A DNA stretch of 64,000 bases from Candidatus Eiseniibacteriota bacterium. GTDB lineage: Bacteria; Eisenbacteria; RBG-16-71-46; CAVPCR01. The position numbers were made by a program, and so were the translations under genes. The notes beneath the pieces were generated by a model. It was not told the DNA's origin. It saw nothing but the letters and a program-made list of their open reading frames with translations, and did no database searches. Where the stretch lies: positions 96,001-160,000 of the forward strand of contig CAVPCR010000001.1 in NCBI GenBank assembly GCA_963702435.1. Direction: 5' to 3'. Numbering within the stretch: position 1 is the first letter of the stretch; each line of letters starts with the position of its first letter. Positions 9,751 through 20,168 of this stretch are shown here, one piece after another.

Positions 9751-11835
9751 CTATTCCTTCTCCGTGTCCTTCTCGCGGTGCTTGGCCGCCTCCGCCACCA
9801 CCTTCTCCTGGACGTCGGGGGCCACTTCCTCGTAGTGCGAGAACTTCTCCGCGTGCCAGGCCCGCCCCTGGGTCAGCGAGCGCAGCGTCGTCGAGTAGCG
9901 ATACATCTCGGCTTGCGGCACCTGGGCACGCAGGCACTTGCGCTTGCCCACGCTCTCCATCCCGAGGATCTTGCCCCGCTTCGAGGAGATGTCCCCCATC
10001 ACGTCGCCCATGTAGTCGTCGGGCACCATGATCTCGACCTCGAGGATCGGCTCGAGCAGCACGGGACGCGCCTGCTCGAAGCCTTCCTTGAAAGCCTTGG
10101 TCGCCGCCAGCTTGAACGCCATTTCGGAGGAGTCGACGGCATGGTACTAGCCGTAATAGAGCGCCACGGCCACGTCCACGACCGGACAGCCGGCGATGAC
10201 GCCATCGACCATGGTCTCGCGCACGCCCTTCTCGACCGCCGGGATGAACTTGTTGGGTACGACGCCGCCCACCACCTCGTCGAGGAACTTGAATCCCTCG
10301 CCGCGGGCCAGGGGCTCGAGCCGGAGATGCACGTCGCCGAACTGGCCGCGGCCGCCGGTCTGCTTCTTGTGCCTCCCGTGCACCTCCACCTTGGCGCGAA
10401 TGGTCTCGCGGTAGGGCACGCGGGGCTTCACGAGCTCGACCTGGACGGCGAACCGGCGCTTCAAGCGCTTGGTGAGGAGATCGAGGTGGAGATCCCCCAT
10501 CCCGGAGAGGAGGATCTGATGCAGTTCCGCATCCTGGGTGAGATGGTAGGTGGGATCCTCTTCGATCAGGCGCGCGAGCCCGGTCGCCATCTTGTCCTCT
10601 TCGCCGCGCACCTTGCTCGTCACCGCCTCGGTGAGGGTCGGGGCCGGGAAGCGGATCGGCGGCAGCATGGCGTTGACCTCGCGCTCGCAGAGGGTGTTGC
10701 CGGTGTGCACGTCCTTGAGCTTGATCGCGGCGCCGAGATCGCCCGCCACGAGGGCCGGCACGTCCTTGCGCTCCTTGCCCTGGACCCAGGCCAGGTGCCC
10801 GAGACGCGCCGTGTTCGAGCGGCTCGGATTGACGAGGTCGAGCCCGGGCGCGGCCCTCCCGGAGTACACGCGGACGAAGGCGAGCTCTCCGGCCTGCCCT
10901 TCGCTTGTGGACTTCCAGACGAAGAGCGAGACCTTGCCGGCGGCATCGGGTGCGACCTTGACCTCGGTCTCGCCGCGCCGGGCCGCAACCGGGCCGCGGG
11001 CGACCGGGGAAGGCAATTCGGCCACGATCGTGTCGAGGAGGAAGCTGACGCCTGCGAGCTTGAGCGCAGCGACCGGCACCGCGGGGAAGATGGCACCGGC
11101 GAGGAATCCGGACGTGAGTCCCCCCAGGATCTCCTGCGGCGTGAGCTCCTGGCCTTCCAGGTACTTCTCGAGGAGCGCGTCATCCCCCTCGGCCGCGGCG
11201 TCGATCAGGGCCGAGCGCGCCTTGGCCACCCGGTCGCCGAGGTCGCCCGGGACGGGGATCTCGACCCGCGAGCCGTCGTCCTTGAACTCGTAGGCCTTCA
11301 TGGTCAGCAGATCGACCACACCCTTGAAGCCCGGCCCGACCCCGATCGGGAGAGCGAGGGCGACTACATGATCGGCGAGCTCGGCGGCCGACTCGAGAAC
11401 GCGGTCGAAGTTCGCATTGTCGCGATCCATCTGGCTCACGACGATCATGGTCGGCAGCCCGTTGTCGCGCACGCGCTCCCACACGTTGTCGGTGGCGGCT
11501 TCCACCCCCGCATCGGCCCGCAGGAGAAAGAGCGCCGCATCGGCCACCCGCAGCCCCGCCGTCTGCTCGCCGACGAAGTCGGCATAGCCCGGCGTGTCGA
11601 TCAGGTTGATCTTGTGCCCTTTCCACTCGACGAAGGCGAGCTTCGCCGCCAGCGTGAACTTGCGCTCGATCTCGTCCTCGGTGTGATCGAGGGTGCTCGT
11701 GCCCTCGTCCACGCGGCCGAGCCGGCTCGTCACCTTGCCGAGGAAGAGCATGGCTTCGGCGAGCGACGTCTTGCCGGTGCCGCCGTGCGACACCAGCACC
11801 ACATTGCGAAGCTCCTGGGTCCCGTACTCCTTCAA
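9751..11835 (-). CDS. fusA2: Elongation factor G paralog (EF-G2 type) with in-frame TAG at 10147-10149
   Basis: [30 protein letters not shown]; after TAG the same frame continues [14 protein letters not shown]...LLEPI...[12 protein letters not shown]. Confidence 0.9.
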
Positions 11836-11970
11836 GATGCGAACCTCCCCTTCGTCCTGCCCGCCGCGGGCGGCGGCGAGCGACGGCCGCGAGCGGCACC
11901 CGGGCCGTCCCCTCGCAAGGGTCTCGCACGGCCCGACTCAACCCCACAACTTGTTAGAGCCAAATAAGAT

Positions 11971-11999
11971 AGGCTATCACGAGAGGAAATCGGGGTCAA
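11971..11999 (-). promoter_or_regulatory. Putative sigma70 promoter of the fusA2-yebC-ruvCA operon
   Basis: TTGACC-17 bp-TAGCCT with extended -10 TG. Confidence 0.5.
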
Positions 12000-12258
12000 G
12001 CCGCCGGGACACGCCTGCACCACGCCACCCGTGGCCGCGAACGCTACCACATGGGCGCCGAAGGCGGAAGGCGAAGCCACGTCGGGCGGCGCCCCGGGGC
12101 CTCTCCGCCCCTCCCATAGAGAACGTAACTAGCTGCAAGATATATAGATAGAGAGACTGTCGAGCCTCGGCGGGCGGGGTTTTGTGCTTTACATGAGGCG
12201 CCTTTCACCGTTTAATCTGTAGGCCTGTCGTTTCTTCCTTCCTCGAGGAGCGGATTGC

Positions 12259-13365
12259 ATGGATGAACATGTTGTTGGCTTGGAGGAGCTTGGTCGCGCG
12301 AGCGTGAACCAGGCCGGCGCCAAGGGTGCGCTCTTGGGTGAGGTCCTGGCGCGGGGCGTCCCCGTGCCCAGGGGCTTCTGTCTCACCACCCTCGCATACG
12401 ATCACTTCCTCCAGGTCTCCGGTGTGGGAGAGGCGGCGGCCGCGTTCCATGCGCTCGCCCCCGGCCCGGAGGCAACCCGGGCCGCAGAAGCGATCAACGC
12501 TCGCATCAGCGAGGCCGCGATCCCGCCCGAGGTGGCGTTCGGCCTGTCCACGGTGTACCGCGAGCTCGGGCAGCGGCCGCGCGTCGCGGTCCGCCCGTCG
12601 CTCGCCTATGACGACCTGATGAGGAGCCCGGTTTCCGGACATCTCGAGCCGCATCTCAACGTGTCCGGCGAGAAGGACCTCTTCCAGGCCGTGCGCGACA
12701 TGTGGGCCCTCATCTGGCAGCCGGCGGTGATCGCGGCCTGCCAGCGCGGCGGCATCGATCACGCGCGCCTCAAGCCTGCCGTGCTGATCCAGCTCATGAT
12801 CCATCCGGTGTGCTCGGGCACCATCTTCACCGCCGATCCCGGCACCGGCGATCGCGACCGCCTCGTCATCACGGCCTTCTGGGGGATGGGGCCCGGCATG
12901 TCCGGCCAGTCGATTCCCGACACCTACCATGTGGACCGCAAGACGATGACGCTGCGCTACAAGCGGATCGTGCCGAAGGAGGTCATGGTCTCGGCAAACG
13001 GGGTCGTGCCCGTGCCGAAGAACCGCCGCAACTCGGTCGTGCTCAAGGACGCCGCCATCCGCGAGCTCTGCTCGATGGCGATCAACGTCGAGCAGATCAT
13101 CGCCGAGCCGGCGGAGATCGCCTGGTGCACCGTGACCGGAAACCGCACGATGGTGCTCGAGGCCCTGCCGGTCGGCGAGATCGAGACGCTCCCCGGCGAG
13201 GAGCCCGCCCACGAGTCCGCGCCCGCGCACGACCGGGATGTCGCGAGCGACGCGGATGTCGCGCCCGACGCGGAAGGAGCCGGCGGTGACGACGCGCCGG
13301 CAGGCGGCGAGGACGCGGGCGCCAACGGCTCGAGCGCCGGCGCGGAGTGGCTCCGCAGCGACTGA
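12259..13365 (+). CDS. Stand-alone PEP/pyruvate-binding (PPDK_N, ATP-grasp) domain protein
   Basis: GAKGALLGE, VPVPRGFCLTT, AVLIQLMI...SGTIFTADP; no phospho-His swivel domain. Confidence 0.8.
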   Translation: MDEHVVGLEELGRASVNQAGAKGALLGEVLARGVPVPRGFCLTTLAYDHFLQVSGVGEAAAAFHALAPGPEATRAAEAINARISEAAIPPEVAFGLSTVYRELGQRPRVAVRPSLAYDDLMRSPVSGHLEPHLNVSGEKDLFQAVRDMWALIWQPAVIAACQRGGIDHARLKPAVLIQLMIHPVCSGTIFTADPGTGDRDRLVITAFWGMGPGMSGQSIPDTYHVDRKTMTLRYKRIVPKEVMVSANGVVPVPKNRRNSVVLKDAAIRELCSMAINVEQIIAEPAEIAWCTVTGNRTMVLEALPVGEIETLPGEEPAHESAPAHDRDVASDADVAPDAEGAGGDDAPAGGEDAGANGSSAGAEWLRSD

Positions 13366-13394
13366 GCGGACCGGAGCGGACGGGCCCTCTCGAT

Positions 13395-14219
13395 CTAGGA
13401 AGGAAGCGTGCGCAGCTGCGCCACGAGCTCGCGCACCACGGCGGCGTTCCCCGCCGCGATCCGGTAGCGGCGATCAGGGTCCTCCGCCGGCGGCGTCGCG
13501 AGCGGGAAGATCGGTCCTCCGTCGAAGCTCTCGACGCGGCCTCCGGCCTCGGTGACGAGGAGAATGCCCGGGGCGATGTCCCACAGGTACGGGCGGTTCG
13601 CCACCACGCCGTCGAGCGCCCCGGCGGCGACCAGCGCGAGCTCCATGCTCATCGAGCCCAGGCTCCGGAACTTCCTGGTCGGCAGGACGTCGTAGAGCCG
13701 TTCGGCTTCCCTGCGCAGGAATCGGTGCCTGACCGCAATCAATGACGAGGGGCCGAGCGGCTCGTTCCTCACCCGGATCGGAACCCCGTTCCGCCACGCG
13801 CCCCGCTCTCTCTCCGCGGTGTAGGTCTCCCCGCGGAGCGGATCGTGGATGACCGCAACGACCGGGGCATCATCGGCGAGGACCGCGATCGCCACCGCGA
13901 AGAACGGCACGCCGGCGATGAAGTTCTGGGTGCCGTCGAGCCCGTCCAGGGTCCAGCACCAGGCGCGGTCACCGGCATGGAAGCCCCCCTCCTCGGCGAG
14001 AATCGAGTCGCCCGGAAAGGCGCCGGTGATGTACTCGCGCACCACCGCTTCCGCGGCATGGTCGGCCTCGGTCACCATCGAATCGCCGCGCTTCAGGCGC
14101 GTGCGGAGCGGCTTCTGGAAGAAACCGGCAAGCACCCGCCCGGCGGCGACGGCGGCGGCCTCGGCGGTGGCCCGGCGGCCCTCGATGGCGGCGCGGTTCA
14201 TGGGCAGTGGCTGAGCCAC
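13395..14219 (-). CDS. Inositol monophosphatase family protein
   Basis: VTEADHAAE, LAEE, LDGLDGTQNF, WDIAPGILLVTEAGG. Confidence 0.9.
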   Translation of the reverse strand: MAQPLPMNRAAIEGRRATAEAAAVAAGRVLAGFFQKPLRTRLKRGDSMVTEADHAAEAVVREYITGAFPGDSILAEEGGFHAGDRAWCWTLDGLDGTQNFIAGVPFFAVAIAVLADDAPVVAVIHDPLRGETYTAERERGAWRNGVPIRVRNEPLGPSSLIAVRHRFLRREAERLYDVLPTRKFRSLGSMSMELALVAAGALDGVVANRPYLWDIAPGILLVTEAGGRVESFDGGPIFPLATPPAEDPDRRYRIAAGNAAVVRELVAQLRTLPS

Positions 14220-14656
14220 GACTCCCCGTCCCGGTAGACTTCCTTCTTCCAGATCGGGGCCCGCGCCTTGAGCTCGTCGATCACGTAGCGCGCGGCGAGG
14301 AAAGCCTCGGCGCGGTGCACTCCGGCCACGGCCACCACCACCGCCACGTCGCCGAGGGCGAGATCTCCCGTGCGGTGATGCACCGCGACGCGGACGATGC
14401 CGAAGCGGGCGCGGGCCTCATCCGCGATGGCTGTGATCTCGCGCACCGCCATCGGCGCAAAGGCCTCGTAGTGAAGGGAGCGCACCTCGCGCCCGCGATT
14501 CTCGTCGCGCACGGTGCCGGCGAAGAGCACGGTGCCGCCGGCGCCCGGCGTGGCGACCAGCGCCGCCACGCGCGCCGGATCGATCGGCGTCGCCGTGAGC
14601 GCGACCGACGGGGCGGGCGGGGCGGCTGCTGCGGGCCGGGACGCGGGGCTCGTCAT
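14198..14656 (-). CDS. moaE: Molybdopterin synthase catalytic subunit
   Basis: FAGTVRD, LHYEAFAPMA, HRTGDLALGD, HRAEAF, LKARAPIWKKE. Confidence 0.95.
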   Translation of the reverse strand: MTSPASRPAAAAPPAPSVALTATPIDPARVAALVATPGAGGTVLFAGTVRDENRGREVRSLHYEAFAPMAVREITAIADEARARFGIVRVAVHHRTGDLALGDVAVVVAVAGVHRAEAFLAARYVIDELKARAPIWKKEVYRDGESWLSHCP

Positions 14657-14678
14657 CGAATCGTCGTGCTCGCTCTCT

Positions 14679-14942
14679 CTAGCCGCCGCAGGTGGGCGGG
14701 ATCAGGGCCAGCTCGTCACCGGGCGCGAGCGGGCGCCCGGGATCGGCATACTCGGCATTGACGGCGAGACGGAGGCTCGGCGCGAACTCCGCCAGCGCCG
14801 GGTAGCGCGCGACGAGCGCCGCGAGCGCGCCGCCCGCGGTGGTCGCCGGCGGCAACGCGAGCTCGACCCGCGCCACACCGGCCGCCTCGCGCACGGAGGC
14901 GAAGAGGAGCACGTCGATCGTCATCGCCGGCTCGACCGTCAT
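14679..14942 (-). CDS. moaD: Molybdopterin synthase sulfur carrier subunit
   Basis: LLFASVREAAG, AVNAEY, GDELALIPPTCGG with C-terminal GG. Confidence 0.92.
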   Translation of the reverse strand: MTVEPAMTIDVLLFASVREAAGVARVELALPPATTAGGALAALVARYPALAEFAPSLRLAVNAEYADPGRPLAPGDELALIPPTCGG

Positions 14943-15490
14943 GACGGGGCGCTCTCGATCTCGTGCCGCGCGAGCTCGGCGGCGAACGCCGCGAACGCCT
15001 CGTCGCCCCACAGGCAGAAGGTGACCCGCTCGAGATGGCTTCCGGGAAGGAGGAAAGCGATCGCCGTCCCGAGCATGACCTGGGCGGCGCGCTCGAGCGG
15101 GAAACCGTAGACGCCCGTCGAGATGGCGGGGAGCGCGATCCAGCGGAAGCCCCGCTCCTCGGCGAGCGCGAGGCTTGCGCGCGTGGCGCGGGCGAGCTTC
15201 TCCTCTTCATCGCCCTCGCCCAGGCGCGGGCCCACGGCGTGGATCACATGCCGGGCCGGGAGATCCCCGCCCCCGGTCATGACCGCCCCGCCGACATCCA
15301 CCGGCGCGAGCAGATCGCACTCGTCCTGGATCGACGGCCCGCCCCGATCGTAGATGGCGCCGGCCACCCCGTCCCCGAGGACGAGCTCCGAGTTCGCCGC
15401 GTTGACGATGGCGTCGGCCGGAATGTCGGTCAGGTCGCCCGCGACGAGCTCGAGGCGCGTCGTGCCCACGGTCACCTGGATCGGCTGCAT
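14939..15490 (-). CDS. Macro domain (ADP-ribose binding/hydrolase) protein
   Basis: GDLT, DAIVNAAN, GDGVAGAI, VIHAVGP, LPAISTGVYGFP. Confidence 0.95.
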   Translation of the reverse strand: MQPIQVTVGTTRLELVAGDLTDIPADAIVNAANSELVLGDGVAGAIYDRGGPSIQDECDLLAPVDVGGAVMTGGGDLPARHVIHAVGPRLGEGDEEEKLARATRASLALAEERGFRWIALPAISTGVYGFPLERAAQVMLGTAIAFLLPGSHLERVTFCLWGDEAFAAFAAELARHEIESAPS

Positions 15491-15630
15491 TGCGGTGTCC
15501 TCGTCTGGCGGCGCGTGGTCTATGCTGATCCGGGGCGCGGCCGGGGGTGCGGCGCCCGCATCGAGGAATCTTACGGCGCGGCGCGCCGCTCGGCAACCGG
15601 CGGCCGGCGCGCGGCCGGCCCTTATCGCCC

Positions 15631-17619
15631 ATGACCGAATCCGACCCGACCACCAAAGCCGACCCGACCACCGATCCGGACGCCCGGCTCGCCGCGCGCC
15701 TCGACGCGGCCCCGCGCGCGCCCGGCGTCTACATCATGCGCGACACGGCCGGCGAGATCCTCTACATCGGGAAGGCCAAGGATCTCCGGAGCCGCGTCCG
15801 TTCCTACTTCCACACGGCCGGCGACGGCCGCTTCCAGATCTCCTTCCTGGTCGACCGGGTGGCCGAGCTCGAGTTCCTGGTCACGACGACCGAGAAGGAC
15901 GCCCTCCTGCTCGAGAACAACCTCATCAAGCAGGCCAGGCCGCGCTACAACGTGCGGCTGCGCGACGACAAGTCGTACGTCATCTTGAAGATCAACGTCG
16001 AGCACCGCTGGCCGCGGGCCCTGGTGACGCGCGGCGCCCGGGACGACGGCGCGCTCTACTTCGGCCCCTACTCGTCGGCCGACAAGCTCCGGGCGACCGT
16101 GCGCGCTCTCCAGCGCATCTTCCCGCTCCGCCTGTGCACCGACCACACGCTCGCCAATCGGACGCGCCCTTGCGTCTACTACGACATCAAGATGTGCGCG
16201 GCGCCCTGCGTCGGGCGGGTCGCCGAGTCTGCGTACAAGGAGCACGTGGAGGGTCTCATCCAGTTCATGAAGGGGCGCGATCGCACGCTCCTCGACGACC
16301 TCCGGCGCCGGATGCAGGAGGCCGCCGCGACGCGCCGCTTCGAGGAGGCCGCGGAGATCCGCGACCGCATCGCGGCGATCGAGCTCACGGTCGAGCGGCA
16401 GCTCACCGAGGAGACGGGAGAGGACTACGACCGCGACGTCTTCGGCTATCACTGGGAGGGCGGGGAGCTCGCGATCCAGGCGCTCTTCTATCGCGGCGGC
16501 AAGCTCACGCACTCGAGCGCCCATCGCTTCCACACGCAGATGCCGGTCGGCGAGCTCCTCTCGAGCTTCCTCGTCCAGTTCTACGACGGCGAGCGGATGG
16601 TGCCGCCGGAGATCCTGGTCCCGGTCGAGATCGAGGATGCGGCCACACTCGCCGACTGGCTCGGCGAGAAGACGCGCCGCGCGGTGCGCATCGCCGCCCC
16701 CCGGCGCGGCGACAAGCGCGAGCAGGTGGAGATCGCGAACCAGAACGCGGCGCAGGCGCTCGTGGCGAGCCGGCAGGCCGAGGAGCGCCAGGCCGAGCTC
16801 CTCGAGTCGCTCCGCGAGAAGCTCGATCTCGCCGCGACCCCCGAGGTGATCGAGTGCTACGACATCTCGCACCTCGGCGGGCGCGAGACCGTGGGCTCCC
16901 GCGTCGTCTTCGCCGGCGGCCTCGCCGACAAGGACCGCTATCGCCGCTACCGGGTGCGCGCGGCCGACCCCGGGGACGACTTCGGCGCGCTCGCCGAGGT
17001 GCTCCGCCGCCGCCTCGCGCGCGGCATCGAGGACGGAGATCTCCCCGATCTCCTCGTCATCGACGGCGGCAAGGGCCAGCTCGCGCGCGTGCGCGAGGTG
17101 ATGGCCGAGCTCAACGTGGTGGACATCGACGTGATCGGGCTCGCCAAGGCGCGGCGAAAGCGGCGCCCCGCCCGCGCGGTCGCCGGCGGCGGCGGCGGGG
17201 GCGAGCCGGCGGTCGTCCGCACCGACGAGCGCGTGTTCAAGGCCGATCGCGCCGAACCGATCGTCCTCCGCCAGGACTCGGCCGAGAACCACTTCCTCGT
17301 CCGCATCCGCGATGAGGCGCACCGCTTCGCGATCACCTACCAGCGGCAGCTCAAGCGACGAAGCCTCACCCGGTCCCAGCTCGAGTCCATCCCCGGGATC
17401 GGGGCCCGGCGGCGGAGCGCGCTGCTCAAGGCGCTGGGCTCGGTCGCCGCGGTGAAGGAGGCCGGCATCGAGGACCTGGCGGCGATCCCCGGCATCGGCC
17501 GCCGCGCCGCCGCGGAGATCCACGCCTTCTTCCATGGGGGCGGCGGCGGCCAGAAGAGCGGCGAGCCGCCGGCGGCGGAGGACGCGGCAGAGGAGCAGGA
17601 AGACGCGGCGGAGACGTGA
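15631..17619 (+). CDS. uvrC: Excinuclease ABC subunit C
   Basis: PGVYIM...YIGKAKDLRSRVRSYF, PRYNVRLRDDKSY, ECYDISH, IDGGKGQL, RDEAHRFAI, HhH. Confidence 0.98.
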   Translation: MTESDPTTKADPTTDPDARLAARLDAAPRAPGVYIMRDTAGEILYIGKAKDLRSRVRSYFHTAGDGRFQISFLVDRVAELEFLVTTTEKDALLLENNLIKQARPRYNVRLRDDKSYVILKINVEHRWPRALVTRGARDDGALYFGPYSSADKLRATVRALQRIFPLRLCTDHTLANRTRPCVYYDIKMCAAPCVGRVAESAYKEHVEGLIQFMKGRDRTLLDDLRRRMQEAAATRRFEEAAEIRDRIAAIELTVERQLTEETGEDYDRDVFGYHWEGGELAIQALFYRGGKLTHSSAHRFHTQMPVGELLSSFLVQFYDGERMVPPEILVPVEIEDAATLADWLGEKTRRAVRIAAPRRGDKREQVEIANQNAAQALVASRQAEERQAELLESLREKLDLAATPEVIECYDISHLGGRETVGSRVVFAGGLADKDRYRRYRVRAADPGDDFGALAEVLRRRLARGIEDGDLPDLLVIDGGKGQLARVREVMAELNVVDIDVIGLAKARRKRRPARAVAGGGGGGEPAVVRTDERVFKADRAEPIVLRQDSAENHFLVRIRDEAHRFAITYQRQLKRRSLTRSQLESIPGIGARRRSALLKALGSVAAVKEAGIEDLAAIPGIGRRAAAEIHAFFHGGGGGQKSGEPPAAEDAAEEQEDAAET

Positions 17620-17685
17620 CGACCCCGGAGCTCGCACCGAGCACCGGGGTCGCCGTGCCGATCCGCGGTTGGGCCGCTCCGGCTG

Positions 17686-18669
17686 CTAGCGCTCGACGCG
17701 CTTCTCGGCCCGGATCTCGATCCGCCCGTTCTCGACCGTGACCTCGGCGTCGATGCCGCGCTCGCGGAGCGTGCGCTCGACCTCGGCCTTGATCTCCGCA
17801 TCCGGGCGGCCCTTGAGATCGGAGAAGTCCGGGAGCCCGACCTCGATCGGCGGCTCCTCGCCACCCGCACCCTGGATCCGCCGCTCGACGCGCGTCTCCT
17901 CGCCGTCCCCGCCGGCGCGGAACTGGAACTCGGTGCCATCGCCCGTGCGCCGGAAGGTGACCTCGGGATTCTCGAAGCCCATCCGCTCGAGCTCGGCGGC
18001 GACGTCGCGTTCGACCTCCGCCTCGCTCCGCCCCGCAGTCGCCACGCGAAGATCGCGCCAGCGGTTCGCCGCCTGCGCGTACACGGTGCCCGACTCCTGC
18101 TCGACCCATGGCCGGACGGCGAACGTCGCATGCACGTGCTTCGCCGCGAGCGATTGCGTGAAGGCACGGGCGATGGCCGTGGCTTCCGCCGGCGAGCGTC
18201 CGCGGAGCTTGGCGCTGAGAGCCGTCGTCTCCCCGGCGGCCACCCGGATCCCGTCGCTCGCGGTCGCCGCGCGGAAGGCGTCGGCCAGGGTGCGGAGGTC
18301 GGCAGGCGCATATGCGCCCTCGAGCGTGAGCGTGAGCTCCTGGCCCACCGTGCGCTCGTAGGAGAAGGGGATGAAGAGGAGGACGACGGCCACGGCGGCG
18401 GCCGCCGCCGCGGTCGCGAGCCAGCGATGCTCGGGGATCTGCTTCAAGATCGACATGAGAACACCCTCCCGGGATCGAGCGCGGGCACGCCGCGCGGTGT
18501 TGATGGCCATCGTGAGGTCGGGAAGATCGCGCGTGGTCACGGCGCCGAGCGCGGCGAGATCGCGGGCGAGATCGCCGTCAAGATCGCGGGCGAGATCGTC
18601 CGCGACCCGATCGCTCGCCGTCCGCTCCCGGGCGTCGCTCCGCTCCGGAGCGTTGTGGCTCGAGTTCAT
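17686..18669 (-). CDS. Single-TM putative anti-sigma factor
   Basis: Overlaps the ECF sigma stop (ATGA); one TM helix followed by an extracytoplasmic domain with an internal repeat. Confidence 0.55.
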   Translation of the reverse strand: MNSSHNAPERSDARERTASDRVADDLARDLDGDLARDLAALGAVTTRDLPDLTMAINTARRARARSREGVLMSILKQIPEHRWLATAAAAAAVAVVLLFIPFSYERTVGQELTLTLEGAYAPADLRTLADAFRAATASDGIRVAAGETTALSAKLRGRSPAEATAIARAFTQSLAAKHVHATFAVRPWVEQESGTVYAQAANRWRDLRVATAGRSEAEVERDVAAELERMGFENPEVTFRRTGDGTEFQFRAGGDGEETRVERRIQGAGGEEPPIEVGLPDFSDLKGRPDAEIKAEVERTLRERGIDAEVTVENGRIEIRAEKRVER

Positions 18670-19277
18670 GACGACACCCTCCCGAGCGGCGTCGAGCTCG
18701 CGAGCACGGACTCGGCGCCGGCGCGTTCGAGCGCCGCCGCCGGTCCGGCGAGTCCGAGCCGCCGGTAGTGCGCGCGGAGCCGCTCTCGACCCCGCACGAC
18801 GCGCGTCTTCACCGCCGACACGGTGACCTGCTGCATGGCCGCGATCTCCGCCATCGAGAAACCATCGATGTCATGGAGGACCACGGCCTCCCTTTGCACG
18901 GCGGGCAAGGCGGCGAGCGCCCGGGACGCTCGCTCCGCCCGCACGTGATCCTCCTCGCCGCGCCGCCCGTCGTCGCCGACCAGGTCACGCCCGGCGGCCA
19001 CGAGGTCCGCGATCGGCACGCACCGCCGCCAGAAGGCGCGGCGCGAGCGGCTGCGATGCACGGAGAGGAGAACCGCGTAGAACCACGACCGGAACTTCCG
19101 CTCGTCGCGGAGCGACATGAGCTTCGCGTGAGCGCGCACGACCGTCTCGGAGAAGAGGTCATCCCCATCGGCCCGCGAGCGGCAGAGCCGCCGGGCCGTG
19201 GTCTGGGCCTCGTCCGAGAAGGGCGTGAGGAGCCGGATCAGGGACTCCCAGCGCGCGTCACTCGTCGCTTCGTGCAT
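18666..19277 (-). CDS. ECF RNA polymerase sigma factor
   Basis: DDLFSETVVRA, FRSWFYAV, LPAVQREAVVLHDIDGFSMAEIA...AVKTRVVRGRERL. Confidence 0.93.
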   Translation of the reverse strand: MHEATSDARWESLIRLLTPFSDEAQTTARRLCRSRADGDDLFSETVVRAHAKLMSLRDERKFRSWFYAVLLSVHRSRSRRAFWRRCVPIADLVAAGRDLVGDDGRRGEEDHVRAERASRALAALPAVQREAVVLHDIDGFSMAEIAAMQQVTVSAVKTRVVRGRERLRAHYRRLGLAGPAAALERAGAESVLASSTPLGRVSS

Positions 19278-19373
19278 ACCTTCCGCTCGTGAGGGACACC
19301 GGTCTCGAGGTTCCGGACAGGAGACGCCGCGAGGGTCGCCGCCGGTCGCAGAAAAACGCGGCCGCGGCTTCTT

Positions 19374-20168
19374 TCAGGGCGAGGCCGCCCCACCGGGGGC
19401 GAACAGGTCGGTCCCGCGCCGGGTCGTTCGCGGCGCGCCGTGGGTCACGTAGCGCTCGATGGCGAAGCGCCCGTCGGCGCCGGGCAGGCTCGTCAACCGC
19501 TCGTAGAAGGGGAGCTGCGTCTGGTGACAGAAGATCGCCCGCCGCTTGACGCTGGCGTACGGCTCGGTGTCGATCTCGATCGTCACGTCCTCATCGGGCA
19601 CGAGCGGGAGCTCCCGGTAGTGCACGTGGCGCGTCACCGAGGCGGGGAGCGTGTAGTAGTGAAGGAGCGGCGGCCGCGCGCCGCCACCGCGCGCGGCCCC
19701 CATCCGCTCGACGGCGGCGGCGGCGAACGCGGTCATCCGCCGGTGGTCGGGATGGCCCGAGATCCCGGTCGGGTGGAAGGCGACCACGACCTCCGGTTCG
19801 ACCTCATCGAGGATCGCAAGGACGTCGTCCGTCCCGCGGTCCATCTCGATGTTCATGACGCCCCCGTCGGGATATCCGAGGAAGTCGAGGCGGCGGAAGC
19901 CGAGCACCTCGGCTGCCGCCTCGAGCTCCGCCTGGCGGATCCGGCCGAGGAGCGCCGGGCCGTAGGAACGGGAGTGGCCGATCGACCCGGCCTCGCCCCG
20001 CGTGCCGCAGACGAGCGTCATCTCCGCCCCCGCCGCGGCGTAGCGGGCGAAGGTGCCGCCCGGACCGAAGGTCTCGTCGTCGGGGTGCGCGAAGACGGCG
20101 ACCAGCCGGCGCGGGCGCGAACGCCCCTCCGGCGGCCGCCGGCCCGCTGGTGCAAGTGACGTTTCCAT
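19374..20168 (-). CDS. PIG-L/LmbE family deacetylase (MshB/BshB-like)
   Basis: VFAHPDDE, TRGEAG, GISGHPDH, HQTQ. Confidence 0.93.
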   Translation of the reverse strand: METSLAPAGRRPPEGRSRPRRLVAVFAHPDDETFGPGGTFARYAAAGAEMTLVCGTRGEAGSIGHSRSYGPALLGRIRQAELEAAAEVLGFRRLDFLGYPDGGVMNIEMDRGTDDVLAILDEVEPEVVVAFHPTGISGHPDHRRMTAFAAAAVERMGAARGGGARPPLLHYYTLPASVTRHVHYRELPLVPDEDVTIEIDTEPYASVKRRAIFCHQTQLPFYERLTSLPGADGRFAIERYVTHGAPRTTRRGTDLFAPGGAASP

